Below, in pieces: positions 61,165 to 64,000 of a DNA stretch of 64,000 nucleotides; position 1 is the stretch's first letter; every line of letters starts with the position of its first letter. Under the pieces are notes generated by a model, which had not been told where the DNA came from, did no database searches, and saw nothing but the letters and a program-made list of their open reading frames with translations. Origin of the DNA: Marinoscillum sp. MHG1-6. Its GTDB lineage: Bacteria > Bacteroidota > Bacteroidia > Cytophagales > Cyclobacteriaceae. The stretch is from positions 63,498 through 127,497 of the forward strand of contig NZ_JAMZMI010000007.1 in assembly GCF_024714475.1 (NCBI RefSeq), given 5' to 3'. The position numbers and the translations under genes were made by a program.

Positions 61165-63636
61165 ATGTCTAAAAGAAAATGTTTCTATTCAGTATTGGGA
61201 TTTTTTCTATTTACCTGTACTGCTTTTCACTCACTACTCGCCCAGAATTCTCTTGACAGTCTAGGGATCAAGCTCTCCAAATACATCTCCACCACAATGC
61301 CTGAAAAGGCCTATATAGTTACTGACAAGCCTTACTATGCATTGGGAGACACCATTTGGTTCGAGAGTTTTTTGGTCAATGCCTTTAACCATCAGCCAAT
61401 TACATTCAGTAATACGTTGTATGTTGAACTCATATCTCCTGAGGGGGAGGTGATCTCAAAGAAAACACTCTTTTGCAATGAGGGCTCATCTCCAGGAGAG
61501 TTTCCCGTATCTGTTAAGCAGAAACCAGGCACCTACATGATTAGGGCGTACACCAACTGGATGCTCAACTTTCCTGAAGAATACCTGTTTAAGAAAAAAA
61601 TTAATATCTACGACATATGGCCTGACAATGAACCCTTAAATGTGGAGAATTCAGGTTCTCTAACCACTGTTGCAAGTTCTGTAAAAGAATCACAGGTAAT
61701 TAATCTCGGGTTCTTTCCTGAAGGAGGGCAACTAGTCGCGGGACACCCCTCCATGGTTGGAGTAAAGTCAACGAATGATTCTGGACAGGAAATCAGTGTT
61801 AAGGGAAAGATCGTCAACCGAAATAACCCTGAAGCAGTTGTTAAATTTGAAACTAATGAAGAGGGGATTGGAACTTTGTTTCTTTTTGACCCATCAGCCG
61901 AATATGTAGTCGAACTTGAGTCTCCAGCAGCCAATGTCAAATATGAGTTCCCAAAAGCGCAAACCAACAGCTACAATATTCAATTGATCAACCATCCCGC
62001 CGCTCCGGTTTTGCGCCTTTCAATTCGTACCGATATAGCTGGCGGACTTGAAGGTGGGTACCTAATCGGACATACAAGAGGACAAATTTTTACCTCTTTC
62101 AAGCTTCAGGGAACAGGACCCGTCAATCAAAAAATGGTTGCCATCCCTAAAAAGATAATGCCCACGGGCATTGCCCATTTCACCTTTTTCAGCCGATCAG
62201 GAAGGCCTGAAGCAGAGAGAATTGTTTTTATAAATCATGATGATCAAATCCAGGAAGCAAAAATCAATGCACAGCCAATGGCCCTGGGAAAAAGAGAAAA
62301 AGTTGATCTGGAGATATCCCTGCCTGATACAACGGCAGCAACCCTCACACTGTCGGTCACTAACAATAAAGTCATCTCCAGAACAGATAATGATGACTAT
62401 TTAGCAACTTATTTACTCATTGGTTCGGACATACCAGGCAATGTAAATATACCTATAAGCTACGTGACAAAAAGTGCAGGCATAAACCCACGTGAGCTTG
62501 ATGCCATTATGCTTACTCACGGGTGGAGAAGGTTTGATTGGGACAAAGTAATAGCAAGCGATACTTCCCAAATAAAAATGAGGGCTGAGCAAGGAATCAC
62601 CCTTTCAGGAAGCCTAAAAAATAATTTAATGAGAGACAAGATAGAAACGGGCTATGTGCAGCTTACCACCTTGCCGTTGGAGGATAACACCTCCTCCTCA
62701 CCAGGCTTTTTCGATACACATACCGATGATCAGGGAAGGTTCGTCTTCAACAACAATTACCATTACGATAGTGTAAAATATGTCCTGAAATCAAAAAGGA
62801 AGATTACAGACAGGCTGTATCGATACTATATCGAGATGGACACCAACCTTCCTCCCATGACCGATAAAGTTCCACAGGACACATCTGGTAATGAAGAGGT
62901 AATTGCTGGCTTTATTCAGAAAAGCAACAAAAATTTTGTGATCGAGCAGTCATATGGTGACGATGTAACTGTACTGGAGGCAGTTACGATTGAAGCCGTG
63001 AATAATAAATATCAATCTGCAGTAGGAGGTCGATACGGATCACCCGAATATCGTCTCATACCGGATTCTGTTGAAACCGCTCCAAATTACCTGATTGATC
63101 TGGTTTATCGAATGCCCAGTGTTCAGTTAACTGCAGGAAAGGAATTTACCATACGCAGTAAGGCCCCGCAGATCTATGTTGATGGTAATTTGATTGAAAG
63201 CTCCTTTGCTATGAATGTTTTGCAATCAACCTTGGTAAGGGATGTCTATTTCATTGATATGGATCGAAGTGGTTCAACCAATGTTTTCGGATTACCGGCA
63301 TTGTATATCTACTTAAAAAACACCAATAGTATCACAACCCCTGAATCCGAAATTGAGGAGTTGGGGCTGCGGTACGTAATTCATACAGGATACGATAAGG
63401 CACGTGTTTTTTACACTCCGGATTATGGTAATCAGGACATTGTCAAACCAGATTACAGACTCCAATTATGTTGGAAGCCTGAACTTAAGACAGCAGAAGG
63501 CAAAGCAACGGCCAGTTTTTATGTAGGAGATGATATAACCTCTTACGATGTGGTCGTGGAAGGCCTAAGTAAAACCGGTAAAATCATAATGGGTAAAACA
63601 CAGATACAAGTTGGAAGGCGGATTTCCGGCCAATAG
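61165..63636 (+). CDS. Secreted hypothetical protein, MG2-like N-terminal domain and TonB-plug-like C-terminal region
   Basis: Signal peptide. DKPYYALGDTIWFESFLV resembles the A2M MG2 motif. C-terminal SVQLTAGKEFTIRSKAPQIYVDGNLI resembles a plug domain. Confidence 0.5.
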   Translation: MSKRKCFYSVLGFFLFTCTAFHSLLAQNSLDSLGIKLSKYISTTMPEKAYIVTDKPYYALGDTIWFESFLVNAFNHQPITFSNTLYVELISPEGEVISKKTLFCNEGSSPGEFPVSVKQKPGTYMIRAYTNWMLNFPEEYLFKKKINIYDIWPDNEPLNVENSGSLTTVASSVKESQVINLGFFPEGGQLVAGHPSMVGVKSTNDSGQEISVKGKIVNRNNPEAVVKFETNEEGIGTLFLFDPSAEYVVELESPAANVKYEFPKAQTNSYNIQLINHPAAPVLRLSIRTDIAGGLEGGYLIGHTRGQIFTSFKLQGTGPVNQKMVAIPKKIMPTGIAHFTFFSRSGRPEAERIVFINHDDQIQEAKINAQPMALGKREKVDLEISLPDTTAATLTLSVTNNKVISRTDNDDYLATYLLIGSDIPGNVNIPISYVTKSAGINPRELDAIMLTHGWRRFDWDKVIASDTSQIKMRAEQGITLSGSLKNNLMRDKIETGYVQLTTLPLEDNTSSSPGFFDTHTDDQGRFVFNNNYHYDSVKYVLKSKRKITDRLYRYYIEMDTNLPPMTDKVPQDTSGNEEVIAGFIQKSNKNFVIEQSYGDDVTVLEAVTIEAVNNKYQSAVGGRYGSPEYRLIPDSVETAPNYLIDLVYRMPSVQLTAGKEFTIRSKAPQIYVDGNLIESSFAMNVLQSTLVRDVYFIDMDRSGSTNVFGLPALYIYLKNTNSITTPESEIEELGLRYVIHTGYDKARVFYTPDYGNQDIVKPDYRLQLCWKPELKTAEGKATASFYVGDDITSYDVVVEGLSKTGKIIMGKTQIQVGRRISGQ

Positions 63637-64000
63637 ACCTCCAACTGTGTATGTCTTCATCACAATAACAGATTCAAAATTGTTGGTAAACTAAAATTTA
63701 CATATTACGTTTGCCATCTCAAATCGGTAAACGATCGATTTATTAAGAAGCGCTGAGAGACAGGCTCTATGACGCGCTAGCAACCCCCACCCCAAAAAGG
63801 GAAGGTGCTAATGCCTGAATGATAAATTGACAATTATGAAAATTAGAAAAAACGTAACGCCATTTGCTGGCTCATGTAGCCCAATCACATTGTTCTATCA
63901 CGTACTGACCAGTGACGGTTATTGTATGTGTGGCCTTTAATCACCTTTGACCCATTCAGGATTTTGTGGTCAAATGAGAGCGACCATCTTACGCTCACCT

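Noticed and set aside
1-64000. Search for integrases, transposases, phage or conjugation genes, restriction-modification or other defense islands
   Set aside because: No ORF in the window shows recombinase, transposase, capsid/terminase, methyltransferase-endonuclease pair, or known defense ATPase or nuclease signatures. The only addiction or defense-like element is the MazF cassette.

Overview
The window is a 64-kb chromosomal segment that looks like Bacteroidota. Three proteins carry type IX secretion (T9SS/Por) C-terminal sorting domains, genes overlap at start/stop with no Shine-Dalgarno sequences, and there are FtsX/MacB-type ABC clusters. Most genes are housekeeping: the 3' part of nrdA, clpC, tsaC, mltG, recR, clpS, dnaK, ilvE, sucD and one tRNA-Ser(TGA), with clean intrinsic terminators after many of them.

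Three features stand out:
- **Giant T9SS surface protein.** An ~11.2-kb gene encodes a ~3730-aa protein made of dozens of ~50-58-aa repeats resembling delta-60 beta-propeller repeats. It has an N-terminal MopE-like Cys/Asp motif and Ig-like domains before the T9SS tail.
- **Candidate starch-sensing module.** A 7-transmembrane one-component regulator has a periplasmic N-terminal domain resembling a CBM48/AMPK-beta glycogen-binding module and a cytoplasmic AraC DNA-binding output. It sits directly upstream of two tandemly duplicated, T9SS-secreted GH13 alpha-amylases. Each amylase has an enlarged domain B carrying a pre-peptidase-C-terminal (PPC)-like insert, and each is preceded by the same TAGGAC-based repeat architecture. 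This looks like a starch sensing/degradation system distinct from the SusR-type system.
- **Partial tRNA-Ser duplication.** A 104-bp tandem duplication covers the tRNA-Ser upstream region plus the 5' third of the tRNA.

Smaller items are an RHH-MazF toxin-antitoxin pair with a palindromic operator, an alkyltransferase-like (ATL) protein in which the catalytic Cys is replaced by Ala, a six-gene TetR/LolA-like/FtsX/FtsX/ABC/outer-membrane-protein operon, a flotillin-NfeD pair, and adjacent clpS-recR. No CRISPR array, integrase, transposase or phage genes were seen. All calls come from reading the translations and the DNA directly. No database search was run.
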